From positions 416,001 to 480,000 of the forward strand of contig CAXXOU010000004.1 of NCBI GenBank assembly GCA_963677495.2: 64,000 nt of DNA. Direction: 5' to 3'. Below are positions 50,316-60,534 of this stretch, piece after piece. The DNA is from Candidatus Cloacimonadales bacterium. GTDB lineage: Bacteria; Cloacimonadota; Cloacimonadia; Cloacimonadales; JAFGVF01. The notes under the pieces are model-generated. The model saw only the letters and a program-made list of their open reading frames with translations, made no database searches and was not told the DNA's origin. Position numbers and translations under genes: made by a program. Each line of letters starts with the position of its first letter. The first letter of the stretch is position 1.

Positions 50316-52130
50316 ATGAAGCAATGGATTAAGTTATGGCTATTACTTTTAGTTTCCGCACTAATCTTGGTTGGTTGTTTAAATGACGGTGATGATGATG
50401 TCCCTCATTTTAACGAGATTTCAGAGTTAGAGGTTCCTGAGAATTTTGATTGGAACAATATTCAAGAAGTTAATGTTGATGTGACTGTGATTGGTTTACC
50501 GGAAGCAAGAGCAAATTCAAGAGTTGAACTGCTTGATGAGTCAGGTCAGATTCTTACAGCCGGTATTCTTCAAGACAACACTGTAATGTTAAAAGCTAGA
50601 TATAGTGACCTTGGTGGTAACCTTCAAGTGTATTTACCGGCATTCAACTTAGTTAAACGTCTTAAAGGTGGATTAGTCGATTATAAAGTTACTCTTCAAA
50701 TATCGAATGTTGAAAGTAAGGATTGTGTAAACTTGTTTGGCAATCCCGGATTCGAAGATAATCAGGAATACGATGATGGTGGAGACGATGACGATGACGA
50801 TGGTGAATGGGAAGAAAGTTCTGACCTAACTGGTGTTTTGTATCCTGCTCCGCAGAATTATCACCCACCTATTGATGGTAACTGGTATTACTATCAGCAA
50901 AACAATAATCATAATATAAGACTTGTTGAGCAAAACAATAATACTTATGTTTCATTAGCAAAACATAGTTTCCTTTATCAGGCAGTAGCTGTAAACGGAG
51001 GTGGTGAAGCCAGCTTCCAGTTTGATATTAGTAATTATAATTGGAACTATTTTAGCTTACAGATACATCTTACAAGCTATGCTGCTGATGGTTCAATGAC
51101 CGGTGATGAATACATATACTATAATTCATATTGGGATGGTATTTATGGTGATTGGCAGAATCTAAGCCATGATTTTGTTGTTCCTGATAACACCGTAGAA
51201 ATTGCTTTCACACTGTATGTTAACTCAAACACAGTTAGATTTTGGGTAGATAACTTTGGATTATGTTTGGAAAACCAGTTAGTTGACACTGATAATGATG
51301 GTGTAAGCGATGAAGAAGATGATTATCCTGATGACCCGACTAAATCAGTAAAAGTGAAGTACCCGACACAAGGTCAGCTTATTGTAGCTTTTGAAGACTT
51401 ATGGCCTGATATGGGTGACTATGACTTTAATGACTTGGTATTAGGTGTAAACCAAGAGTTTGGCTTAAACGCGAATAATGAATATACTTACATTAAAACT
51501 GATCTGGAAGTTCGAGGTAATGGTGCAACTATCAATAATGTTTTAGCAATGCAACTAGATTGGTTAGAGTCAATCGGTGGAACTAACACCTATACTCACG
51601 TTGGAGATAACAATATGCAGCTTGTCCCTTCAAATGGCGATATGTTCATTGATGGAAACAAAGTTGTCATTATTAATGGTGTACTTGATGGCTTAAGCCC
51701 ATACTATCAAAACAACGGTATCGGAGTTTCAGCAAGCTATCAGAACTTTAGCTTTGAAGTGACAATGGACCCAATTAGTAGTACAACTGCGTCACTTTCA
51801 CCAGATTTCTTTATCTACGATTACTTCAATCCTCAGAAAGAGATTCACTTACCTGGTAGACCTGCTACAGCAAATGCAGACATGAATCTTTTTGGAACAG
51901 GTGATGATGCATCTATTCCAACCAGTGACATCTGGTATGTGACTGATACTAATCTCCCTTGGGGATTTGAGATTATAGATCATACAGGCAACTATATGCA
52001 TCCGCTTGAGAATATCTCGATTTTGAATGCATATCGCTACTTCGGTAACTGGGCTAATTCCGGTGGACTCTCTCATATGGATTGGTTCTTGGATGCTGAT
52101 AATGATTCTGTATATCATACATCTTACTAA
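50316..52130 (+). CDS. LruC-domain (DUF4842-like) lipoprotein
   Basis: Lipobox LVGC; DTDNDGVSD..DDYP; AFEDLWPDMGDYDFNDLV; EIHLPG; LPWG. Confidence 0.8.
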   Translation: MKQWIKLWLLLLVSALILVGCLNDGDDDVPHFNEISELEVPENFDWNNIQEVNVDVTVIGLPEARANSRVELLDESGQILTAGILQDNTVMLKARYSDLGGNLQVYLPAFNLVKRLKGGLVDYKVTLQISNVESKDCVNLFGNPGFEDNQEYDDGGDDDDDDGEWEESSDLTGVLYPAPQNYHPPIDGNWYYYQQNNNHNIRLVEQNNNTYVSLAKHSFLYQAVAVNGGGEASFQFDISNYNWNYFSLQIHLTSYAADGSMTGDEYIYYNSYWDGIYGDWQNLSHDFVVPDNTVEIAFTLYVNSNTVRFWVDNFGLCLENQLVDTDNDGVSDEEDDYPDDPTKSVKVKYPTQGQLIVAFEDLWPDMGDYDFNDLVLGVNQEFGLNANNEYTYIKTDLEVRGNGATINNVLAMQLDWLESIGGTNTYTHVGDNNMQLVPSNGDMFIDGNKVVIINGVLDGLSPYYQNNGIGVSASYQNFSFEVTMDPISSTTASLSPDFFIYDYFNPQKEIHLPGRPATANADMNLFGTGDDASIPTSDIWYVTDTNLPWGFEIIDHTGNYMHPLENISILNAYRYFGNWANSGGLSHMDWFLDADNDSVYHTSY

Positions 52131-52145
52131 TAACTAAATAAAATT

Positions 52146-52172
52146 AAAAGAGCACCTTCGGGTGCTCTTTTA
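52146..52172 (+). terminator. Rho-independent terminator
   Basis: AAAAGAGCACC-TTCG-GGTGCTCTTTT. Confidence 0.85.
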
Positions 52173-52233
52173 CATGCAACCCAATCACGCTGATCGGTCT
52201 TGGACTAAAATCAAAAAACTCTTGGGAACTAAT

Positions 52234-52756
52234 ATGTATAGGAAACTGATAATACTTTTAATTTCTTTTTCAATCATTGCATGCAGTAAGCATAAGAAAA
52301 TCTTGAAGCCGGTGAATATGTCTAATCGTAGAACTCCGATGTTCTGGTACGATAACGTGGATGGAGAGTTGAGAGCTAATGGATATGCATGCAAAAGGTC
52401 TATTAGAAGCGCAAAGACTTTTGCAAAAAATGAGAGTATGATTAATTTAGCTAATATGATTAAGCAAGAAGCTATGAGCTTTATAAATGAGAATTTTAGT
52501 GACACTGACGCACAAGCTCTATCAACAATGTTTAATCAGAACGAGACGATTAAACTGTCCGGATACAAAGAAGCAGGGTGTGAAGTTAGAGAGGAAAAAG
52601 AAAGGTAAGAATACCTTCTTTGAATGTTACTATCAAGCTTCAGTTAAAGATGAGCAAGTTCTAAACATACTTTTAAATCAACTTAACTCATTACCTCAAA
52701 CTGAAGAAAGAGACTTGCTTCTGGAAGCTATTAACAAAAAACAAAATGGGGAGTAA
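52234..52756 (+). CDS. Putative lipoprotein (LPP20-like), frameshifted at an A-run near 52595
   Basis: Lipobox IIAC; removing one A from GAAAAAG joins ORFs 52162-52608 and 52487-52756 (..EVREEKKGKNTFFECYY..). Confidence 0.6.
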
Positions 52757-52761
52757 TACGC

Positions 52762-53231
52762 ATGGATAAAGATAGATTATTATCACTGCTAGTTCCGGGT
52801 TTAAACGGAACACTATCACTTAACTTGAACAATAGCAGCTTAAACCAGTTAGTTAAAGAATCTATGGGGGAGAAGCAGATTTTATTGAGGGACTTGAGAT
52901 AGAGAATGGATATATTCTTGCAAAGGTAAAGAAAGTTATAACTCTCAAGCTTAAGCTTGTTCCTGAGATAGTAGAATTTACAAGAACTTCCCTAAAGATA
53001 GGTGTCGTACCCCTTGGTGTCCCTGATTCATTTCTAAAAGTGATAGTAAAAGCTGTCGAAGTCATCGGTTTACCAGTCTCATATACCGATAGCATTATTA
53101 TAGATGTTAGCTCTAAACTTATTGAGGCAACTGATGGAATGCCAATTTCAGTGAATGAACTTATCGATAAAGCCAACATTGCCTTTAACTGCCAGAAAGA
53201 TATTTTTAGAATTGATTTGATTCTTCCTTAA
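52762..53231 (+). CDS. Hypothetical protein, frameshifted at G-run 52866-52870
   Basis: ATG 52762 after a GGGGAG RBS; adding one G continues into the frame of ORF 53040-53231. Confidence 0.55.
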
Positions 53232-53337
53232 GCGATATTGGTTTGATTATGAGTAAAATTATCCTCCTTGATTGATTTAAACGTATCGTAGAATCAATCT
53301 CCGAATCATGACGATGATTCCCAGCAATTAAAACTGT

Positions 53338-53595
53338 ACCTTTGGAATGGTCAAAGACCTTGCAAATGGTACACTTCGAAGGAAGGAACACCCCACCGTG
53401 CTGGGAGTATGTCCTGCGAATTCACCATTTGCAAGGTCTAAAGACCATTCCAAAGGTGGGTAGATGTGTGGTAAAAGTCTGATATCCACACCTACTTTGC
53501 TCCCGCTCCTCCACCGGTCCTCTCGGGGATAGCCGGGAGAGGACCGGGAGTGATCCACGAGTGGGTCAGGAGAGGATACCTGATTTATATCAGAC
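53338..53595. repeat. Two fold-back elements, the second with 11-nt-period arms
   Basis: 53338-53370 is a near-perfect inverted repeat of 53424-53457; GTCTGATAT (53477)/ATATCAGAC (53587) closes CCGGGAG-like units at 53533/53544/53555. Confidence 0.8.
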
Positions 53596-53604
53596 ACTAC
53601 AAAG

Positions 53605-53772
53605 ATGATGAATAAATTACACAAAGCATATCCCGAAGTTGATCTTAAAACGCTGACACCTGAGGATGTTGTTGCACTTAACTTGCTTGTCATCACGATT
53701 AAAATGGCTGTTGAGAGTGAGTTATTGCCTGCAATAGAAGAAATAAGTGATTTGATACATCCAATCTTATAG
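53605..53772 (+). pseudogene. 5'-truncated paralogue of the 37465-37917 protein
   Basis: MMNKLHKAYPEVDLKTLTPEDVVALNLLVITIKMAVESELLPAI aligns with MMYKLKKLHPEIDLKTIDITYIIDNALPIRTISEAVENELLPKV. Confidence 0.75.
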
Positions 53773-53949
53773 TTGTATGGATTTAACTGAAGGTGTCGGT
53801 TTGTCCTCGTTCGTGAGTATTATGTCTTCCTTCATAGTATTGTTACATAACCTTTAAAGCGCTCTATGGCCAGTCTCGAGTTACATTAACTAGAAATAAC
53901 CCAATAAAAAATAACGAAAACACTTGACAGAAAAGATGGTGGTGACTAA

Positions 53950-53967
53950 TCGTGATGTTGTTCACGA
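53950..53967. promoter_or_regulatory. Putative Rex operator upstream of rex
   Basis: TCGTGA-TGTTGT-TCACGA, an 18-nt palindrome resembling TTGTGAA-N4-TTCACAA, downstream of TTGACA at 53924. Confidence 0.7.
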
Positions 53968-53980
53968 AAAGGAAATGATA

Positions 53981-54598
53981 ATGATAAAAGGTTTACAGAT
54001 TTCACTGATAAGAAGATTGCCTGTCTACGTTGATTGTTTGAGACGTTTGAAGAAAGGCGGAAATGAGTATATCTCAACCAGAGTTATCTCTGAGATGAGT
54101 TTGATACATGATACTCAAGTTCGTAAAGACTTCGCTTCAGCCGGTCTGAAAGGTGTGCCCAAAGTTGGTTACCATGTTCAGACAGTGTTAGACAGACTTA
54201 TCGATGTTCTTAACTGGAGAGATCTGAGTGTCGCCTTCCTCGTGGGTGCCGGTAATTTAGGAGCTGCTTTGCTTGGTTACGAAGGCTATCCTGAAACCGG
54301 AATGCAGATTATCGCAGCTTTCGATACTGATAATGATAAGGTAGGGAAGTTGATTAATAATGTGCAGATCTTTCCGATGGAGAAGTTTGTTAATTTAGCA
54401 AGCAGACTTCAAGTACAGATCGGGATTATAACAACACCACCTCATGTAGCTCAAAGAGTAGCTGATATGATGGTTGAGTGTGGATTCAAAGGAATATGGA
54501 ACTTCTCACCGAGAGTTCTGAATGTGCCTGACGATGTAGTAGTAGAGAATGCGGACCTATATTCCGGTTTAGTAGTCTTGAAATACAAGTTGAGCTAA
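53981..54598 (+). CDS. rex: Redox-sensing transcriptional repressor Rex
   Basis: RRLPVY, QVRKDF, GYHV, VGAGNLG, AAFD, GIWNFSP. Confidence 0.92.
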   Translation: MIKGLQISLIRRLPVYVDCLRRLKKGGNEYISTRVISEMSLIHDTQVRKDFASAGLKGVPKVGYHVQTVLDRLIDVLNWRDLSVAFLVGAGNLGAALLGYEGYPETGMQIIAAFDTDNDKVGKLINNVQIFPMEKFVNLASRLQVQIGIITTPPHVAQRVADMMVECGFKGIWNFSPRVLNVPDDVVVENADLYSGLVVLKYKLS

Positions 54599-54616
54599 TA
54601 TTTTTTTTGAATCTAA

Positions 54617-54634
54617 TCGTGATAACTATAACGA
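54617..54634. promoter_or_regulatory. Second putative Rex operator upstream of the hydrogenase genes
   Basis: TCGTGA-TAACTA-TAACGA, same 18-nt geometry as 53950-53967. Confidence 0.6.
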
Positions 54635-54657
54635 TAAAAGATAAATAAGGAGTCCAA

Positions 54658-55161
54658 ATGGAAAATGGAGCAATGCTTAAAGCTGCTAAATTTGAGAAAG
54701 TGAATGCTATTTTGGAAGCATACAACTTCGACTCAAGCAGAATGATTACTATCTTGCAGAAAGTTCAGGATGAGTATCGATATCTTCCTCAGGAAGTAAT
54801 TACCTATGTTGCAACGTGTCTCGGAGTACCACCGGCTCGAGTCTACGGTGTTGCCACCTTCTATTCCCATTTCTCACTCGAACCTAAAGGGAAATATGTC
54901 ATTAAGATCTGTGATGGAACTGCCTGCCACGTAAAAGGTTCAGGTAAGTTAATCAATGTGATTAGAGAGAAGTTAAACCTGACTGAAAAGGTTAAAACTT
55001 CATCTGATATGCTCTTTACTTTAGAGACAGTATCTTGTCTCGGAGCATGTGGTTTGGCCCCTGTTGTACTTATCAATGAAGATGTACACGGACTTGTAAC
55101 TGAAGAGAAAGCTCTTCAACTTATTGATGAAGTAAAGGCTCAGGAGGAACAAAGTGAATAA
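54658..55161 (+). CDS. hydC: [FeFe]-hydrogenase NuoE-like [2Fe-2S] subunit
   Basis: VYGVATFYSHF, ICDGTACHVKG, SCLGACGLAP. Confidence 0.88.
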   Translation: MENGAMLKAAKFEKVNAILEAYNFDSSRMITILQKVQDEYRYLPQEVITYVATCLGVPPARVYGVATFYSHFSLEPKGKYVIKICDGTACHVKGSGKLINVIREKLNLTEKVKTSSDMLFTLETVSCLGACGLAPVVLINEDVHGLVTEEKALQLIDEVKAQEEQSE

Positions 55162-57040
55162 AGCGACTCTTAATAAAATTTTTACAGAATATCGTGATGG
55201 AAGTAACGACTTAAAGAGAAGAATCATTATATGCGGTGGTACCGGATGTATCGCTAATGGTTCTCAGAAGGTTGCAGACAAGCTTGTTGCCCGTTTAAAT
55301 GAAGAGGGTATCAAAGCTGATGTCAAAATGGATTACCATGATTGTAAAGACCATACTGTTATTTCTATGAGCGGTTGCCAAGGCTTCTGTCAGGTTGGAC
55401 CACTCCTTTCTATTGAACCTGACGGTTTACTTTATACTCACGTGAAAGAGGACGATGTTGATGAAATCATCGAAACAACTATTAAGAATGGAGAAGTGAT
55501 TGATAGACTTCTTTATGTTAATCCTGCAACAAAAGAGCACTGTAAAGGCTACGATGAGATTCCTTTCTATGCGAAACAGAAACGTACTGTTCTTGCTGCT
55601 TGTGGTAATATGGATCCAGAAGATATCAGAGAGTATATTGCAAGTAAAGGCTATTTCATGGCTCATGATGTATATCATAACTTAGACGGTATTGATATCT
55701 GCAGAATAATCGAATCTTCAGGACTTCGTGGTCGCGGTGGTGGTGGATTCCCAACCGGAACTAAGTGGCGCTACACACTCGCAGAAAGATCAGAGAAGAA
55801 ATACGTTATTTGTAATGGTGACGAAGGTGATCCGGGAGCATTCATGGATAGAAGTATCCTTGAAGGTAACCCACATGCAGTTATCGAAGGAATGATGATT
55901 GCAGGTAAAGCTATTGGTGCAGATGAAGGATACATTTATGTTAGAGCTGAATATCCACTCGCAATTCAGAGAATGGACAAAGCAATCAAAGAAGCTGAAG
56001 AACTTGGTATTCTTGGTGACAATATCTTTGAAAGCGAGTATTCTTTCAAACTTCATATCATGGAAGGTGCAGGTGCATTTGTTTGTGGTGAAGAGACAGC
56101 TCTTATCGCTTCGATCGAAGGTCAACGTGGTATGCCAAGACCTAAGCCACCATATCCTGCTCAGAAAGGTTTATTCGGTAAACCTACAGTGATCAATAAT
56201 GTTGAGACCCTTGCCGGTGTTGCCGGGATCATTGAGCAAGGTGCAGAAGCCTATAGAAGGATTGGAACAGAGAACTCTCCTGGAACAAAGACCTTCGCTT
56301 TAACAGGTCATGTTGCAAACACCGGACTTATAGAAGTACCATTTGGTACAACAGTTAGAGAGATTGTATTCGACATCGGTGGTGGTGTAATCAACGATGA
56401 AGGTGAAATCGATAACGATGATTTCAAAGCTGTTCAGATTGGTGGACCTTCAGGTGGTTGTTTAACTCCTGACCATCTAGATATCCCTCTAGACTTCGAC
56501 TCATTAAAATCTATAGATGCAATGGTTGGATCAGGTGGTCTTGTTGTAATGAATAAGAGCACATGTATCGTACAGATTGCAAAGTTCTTCATGAAGTTCA
56601 CAACTCACGAATCATGCGGTAAATGTATTCCATGTCGTGAAGGAACACGTCAAATGCTTAACCTCTTAGATGATATCATTGAAGGCAGAGGAACTCTTGA
56701 AACCCTCGACCTGCTTGAATCACTTGGAAAATCAATTCAGAAATCTTCACTCTGCGGATTGGGTAAATCAGCTCCATCTCCTGTTCTCTCCACACTCAAG
56801 TATTTCAGAGATGAGTATATAGCTCATGTTGTAGATAAGAAGTGTCCTACAAAACAGTGTAAAGCACTCAGTCCTATAGAGATTGATGCAGATAAGTGTA
56901 AAGGATGTACACTTTGTGCAAAGATCTGCCCTGTAGATGCAATTAGTGGAGTTGTAAGAGAAGCACATGTTATTGATCCTGATAAGTGTATCAAGTGCGG
57001 TGCTTGTATTGAGAAGTGTAAATTTGGAGCTATCAGCTAG
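55154..57040 (+). CDS. hydB: [FeFe]-hydrogenase NuoF-like NADH/FMN subunit
   Basis: GLRGRGGGGFPTG, CNGDEGDPGAFMDR, GAFVCGEE, ESCGKCIPCREG, C-terminal 2x[4Fe-4S]. Confidence 0.92.
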   Translation: MNKATLNKIFTEYRDGSNDLKRRIIICGGTGCIANGSQKVADKLVARLNEEGIKADVKMDYHDCKDHTVISMSGCQGFCQVGPLLSIEPDGLLYTHVKEDDVDEIIETTIKNGEVIDRLLYVNPATKEHCKGYDEIPFYAKQKRTVLAACGNMDPEDIREYIASKGYFMAHDVYHNLDGIDICRIIESSGLRGRGGGGFPTGTKWRYTLAERSEKKYVICNGDEGDPGAFMDRSILEGNPHAVIEGMMIAGKAIGADEGYIYVRAEYPLAIQRMDKAIKEAEELGILGDNIFESEYSFKLHIMEGAGAFVCGEETALIASIEGQRGMPRPKPPYPAQKGLFGKPTVINNVETLAGVAGIIEQGAEAYRRIGTENSPGTKTFALTGHVANTGLIEVPFGTTVREIVFDIGGGVINDEGEIDNDDFKAVQIGGPSGGCLTPDHLDIPLDFDSLKSIDAMVGSGGLVVMNKSTCIVQIAKFFMKFTTHESCGKCIPCREGTRQMLNLLDDIIEGRGTLETLDLLESLGKSIQKSSLCGLGKSAPSPVLSTLKYFRDEYIAHVVDKKCPTKQCKALSPIEIDADKCKGCTLCAKICPVDAISGVVREAHVIDPDKCIKCGACIEKCKFGAIS

Positions 57041-57048
57041 GAGGAACA

Positions 57049-59063
57049 ATGAAAGAAACTATAAAAGTAAATGGAGTTAATATCCCAATCGAGGGAGAAA
57101 AGAACTTATTAGACCTTTGCAGAAAAGCAAATATAGATATCCCGACATTCTGTTATCATTCAGAGTTAAGTGTATACGGAGCTTGTCGCCTGTGTTTGGT
57201 AGACATAGAAGGCATGGGACTTGTTACAAGTTGTTCAACAGTTCCAAAAGCCGGTATGGTGATTCGCACTAATACTGAAGAGATCAGAGAAACTCGTAAG
57301 ACTATCGTTAAGCTTCTTTTAGCTAACCACGATAACAAATGCACAACATGCTATAAATCAGGCGATTGCCGTCTCAGAGATTTAGCGGACAGAATGGGAG
57401 TTGAAGAAGTTCAATTCGCTCCAACCAAAGACCCTCAGCCGATAGACAGTAAATCCTGTTCGCTCGTTCGTGATCCAAACAAATGTATTCTTTGCGGTGA
57501 CTGCGTGAGATATTGTACAGAAATACAAGGCATTGGTGCAATAGATTTTGTGGGTAGGGGAGATGAAGTGATAGTCGCTCCTGCATTTAACAAATCTTTA
57601 GCAGATGTCGGGTGTATAAATTGCGGACAATGTGCAGCTGTATGTCCTACAGGTGCAATTGTTCCAAAAAGTGAAATTCAACAGGTGTGGAAGGCTCTGG
57701 ATAACAGGGACAAACTGGTTGTAGCTCAAATAGCTCCTGCTGTTCGCGTGGCGCTTGGTGAACTCTTCGGGCGAAAGACTCAACTGATGTTACCGGTAAG
57801 ATCTTTAGAGCTTTAAGATTGCTTGGTTTTGATCGTGTATATGATACTTCCTTCGGTGCTGATTTGACTGTGATTGAAGAAGCTAACGAATTTATCGGAA
57901 GACTGCAACGCAAAGAAAGATTGCCTCTGTTTACTTCTTGCTGCCCGGGATGGGTTAAATATGCGGAACAGTCATATCCTGATCTTCTGGAAAACCTTTC
58001 CACCTGTATGTCCCCTCAACAGATGCAGGGAAGCATTGTGAAACATGCTCTCTCAAAAGAGGAGAAGAGAGAAGAGAGCGAAATCGTGATGGTTTCAATC
58101 ATGCCATGTACTGCTAAGAAGTATGAAAACAAACGTCCTGAGCACACAAGAAACGGTGTTAGAATCGTAGATTATGTTCTTACAACACAAGAACTTGCTA
58201 AGATGATTAAAGAAGCAGGTATCGTATTCGAAGACCTTGTTCCTGATAGTGTTGATCTTCCATTCGGTTTCTCAACCGGTGCAGGTGTTATATTCGGTAA
58301 CTCAGGTGGTGTCTCAGAAGCAGTATTACGCTATGCTTATGAGAAGCTAACAGGAAGCAACTTAGCAGACGTTGAAATTAAAGAAGTCCGTGGTTGCGAA
58401 GGCCTTAAAGAAGCATCAATCGATATCGATGGAACAACTGTGAAGATGGCTATCGTACATGGAATCAAGAATGCAGGACAAGTATGTGAGTCAGTTATCA
58501 AAGGTGACTGTGACTATGATATAATCGAAGTCATGGCTTGTCCGGGTGGTTGTATCAATGGTGCAGGTCAGCCTGTTACTCATGAGACAGAAACTCGTAG
58601 AAAAAGAACAAAAGCACTCTACAATGTAGATAGAAGAATGCAGCTACATAAAGCACAACAGAATCCATTCATCATGGAATGCTATCGTAACTATCTTGGT
58701 GGAGAAGCGGGAAGTCATGAAGCTCATGAACTCCTCCATACTCATTATTCAGTTAAACGTAGAATCAAAGAGGACCCTGTAGCATTAGTTGAAGGTACTG
58801 AGAAGAAGAGAGTACAAGTTAAGGTTTGTATTGGTACAAGCTGTTTCTTAAAAGGCTCACAAGAGATCTTATCAGGTGTACTCAAATCAGTAGAACAGAA
58901 GCATAATGATGGCTTTGTAGATGTGAATGCCACTTTCTGCAAAGAGCGTTGTGATAAAGGTCCAACAGTCAGAATTGGTGATGAAATTATCACACATGCA
59001 AACCTTGAACAAGTATTAGCTAAAATGGATGAGAAGATCAGTCTAATCAAAGCTGAGGTGTAA
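57049..59063 (+). CDS. hydA: [FeFe]-hydrogenase catalytic subunit (group A3 type) with C-terminal thioredoxin-like [2Fe-2S] domain; frameshift at ~57769-57771
   Basis: N-terminal FeS domains; TSCCPGW, MPCTAKKYE, EVMACPGGCINGAGQP H-cluster motifs; one extra G restores ALGELFGAKDSTDVTGKIF. Confidence 0.9.
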
Positions 59064-59324
59064 ATGACACACACAATCAAAATCTGTATGGGCTCTTCCT
59101 GTTATGCCAGAGAAAACAAAGAGAACTTAGAGATTATCAGAAAATGGATTAGCGATAACGACTTAGTAAGAGATGTTAGAATAACCGGAACACTATGTTC
59201 AGGTAACTGCTCAGAAGGTCCAAACATCTTTATAGATGAGAAGAGATTTAAAGTAGTCCAACCTGAATCAATAGAGTACATACTAAATACAACAATAAAG
59301 AATGAAGGAGTTAAAAATGACTAG
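59064..59324 (+). CDS. Small thioredoxin-like [2Fe-2S] protein (HfsA-like)
   Basis: ICMGSSCY...LCSGNCSEGPNI. Confidence 0.8.
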   Translation: MTHTIKICMGSSCYARENKENLEIIRKWISDNDLVRDVRITGTLCSGNCSEGPNIFIDEKRFKVVQPESIEYILNTTIKNEGVKND

Positions 59325-60468
59325 TTATTTCTTTATGCCTACAAGAAACATTATGGGAAGTGGTTCAGTAAATGAAATCCCAAATGAGCTTAAGACATTA
59401 AAAGCAAAAAAAACCTTAATCGTAACAGATAAACCACTTATGCATGCAGGAATCGTTGAGATGGTTCTGGATGTATTAGATAAAGCAAAGATGGAATATG
59501 TCGTAGTAGATAACATTCAGCCTAATCCAACAGATAAGAATGTCCATGATGCTTGGGAAGTGTATAAGAAAGAGAATTGTGATTCAATCATCCCTGTTGG
59601 TGGTGGTTCACCAATGGATGCAGCAAAAGGTGTTGGTATCCTTGTAAACAATGGTGGAAACATCAGAGATTACGAAGGCGTAGATAAATCTAATGAAAAC
59701 ATGCCACCATTTATCGCAGTTAATACAACTGCAGGAACTGCGAGTGAAATGACCAGATTCACAATCATCACAGATACAGACAGACATATCAAAATGGCTA
59801 TCGTGGACTGGAGAATAACACCAAACGTAGCTATCAATGATGCTGACCTTATGGTTTCTATGCCGAAGTCTTTAACAGCAGCAACAGGTATGGATGCACT
59901 TACACATGCAGTTGAAGCCTATGTTTCTACAATCGCTACACCTGTAACTGATTCTGTTGCAATCAAAGCTATTGAACTCATTGGTAAGTACCTTCCAAAA
60001 GCTGTGGCCAACGGACAGGACTTAGTAGCAAGAGATATGATGGCTAATGCTGAGTTCCTAGCAGGTATGGCTTTCAACAATGCATCTCTTGGTTATGTTC
60101 ATGCTATGGCTCATCAACTTGGTGGTTTGTATGATCTTCCACATGGTGTTTGTAATGCAATCCTCTTACCTCACGTAAGTAGATTCAATATCTTAGCAAA
60201 AGCTGAGAAGTTTGCAGACATAGCTGTAGCTCTGGGTGTAGATATTGAAGGTCTCTCTCCAATGGAAGCTGCAGAGGAAGCTATTATTGCAATCTCAGAA
60301 CTGAGTAGAGCAGTTGGAATCCCAAGTGGTCTTTCCGAACTCGAAGTAGTTAAGACTGAAGATTTTCCAACATTGGCAAAGAACGCACAAGCTGATGTTT
60401 GCTGCTTAACAAATCCAAGAACTGCTTCATTAGATGAAGTAATCGAAATATATAACAACGCGTTTTAG
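59317..60468 (+). CDS. Iron-containing alcohol dehydrogenase (DhaT/Mdh-like)
   Basis: GGGSPMDAAKG, NTTAGTASE, GMDALTHAVEAY, HAMAHQLGG..LPHG; AAGGAG RBS. Confidence 0.92.
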   Translation: MTSYFFMPTRNIMGSGSVNEIPNELKTLKAKKTLIVTDKPLMHAGIVEMVLDVLDKAKMEYVVVDNIQPNPTDKNVHDAWEVYKKENCDSIIPVGGGSPMDAAKGVGILVNNGGNIRDYEGVDKSNENMPPFIAVNTTAGTASEMTRFTIITDTDRHIKMAIVDWRITPNVAINDADLMVSMPKSLTAATGMDALTHAVEAYVSTIATPVTDSVAIKAIELIGKYLPKAVANGQDLVARDMMANAEFLAGMAFNNASLGYVHAMAHQLGGLYDLPHGVCNAILLPHVSRFNILAKAEKFADIAVALGVDIEGLSPMEAAEEAIIAISELSRAVGIPSGLSELEVVKTEDFPTLAKNAQADVCCLTNPRTASLDEVIEIYNNAF

Positions 60469-60534
60469 TACATACAAAAAAGATGGTTCGGGAGAGACGG
60501 CAAAACTCTCCCGGGCTGTTTAATTGGAGTAGCA

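Noticed and set aside
57760..57820. Programmed -1 frameshift or selenocysteine recoding in hydA
   Set aside because: No slippery heptamer or in-frame TGA; a single missing G explains it, and two similar indels lie nearby
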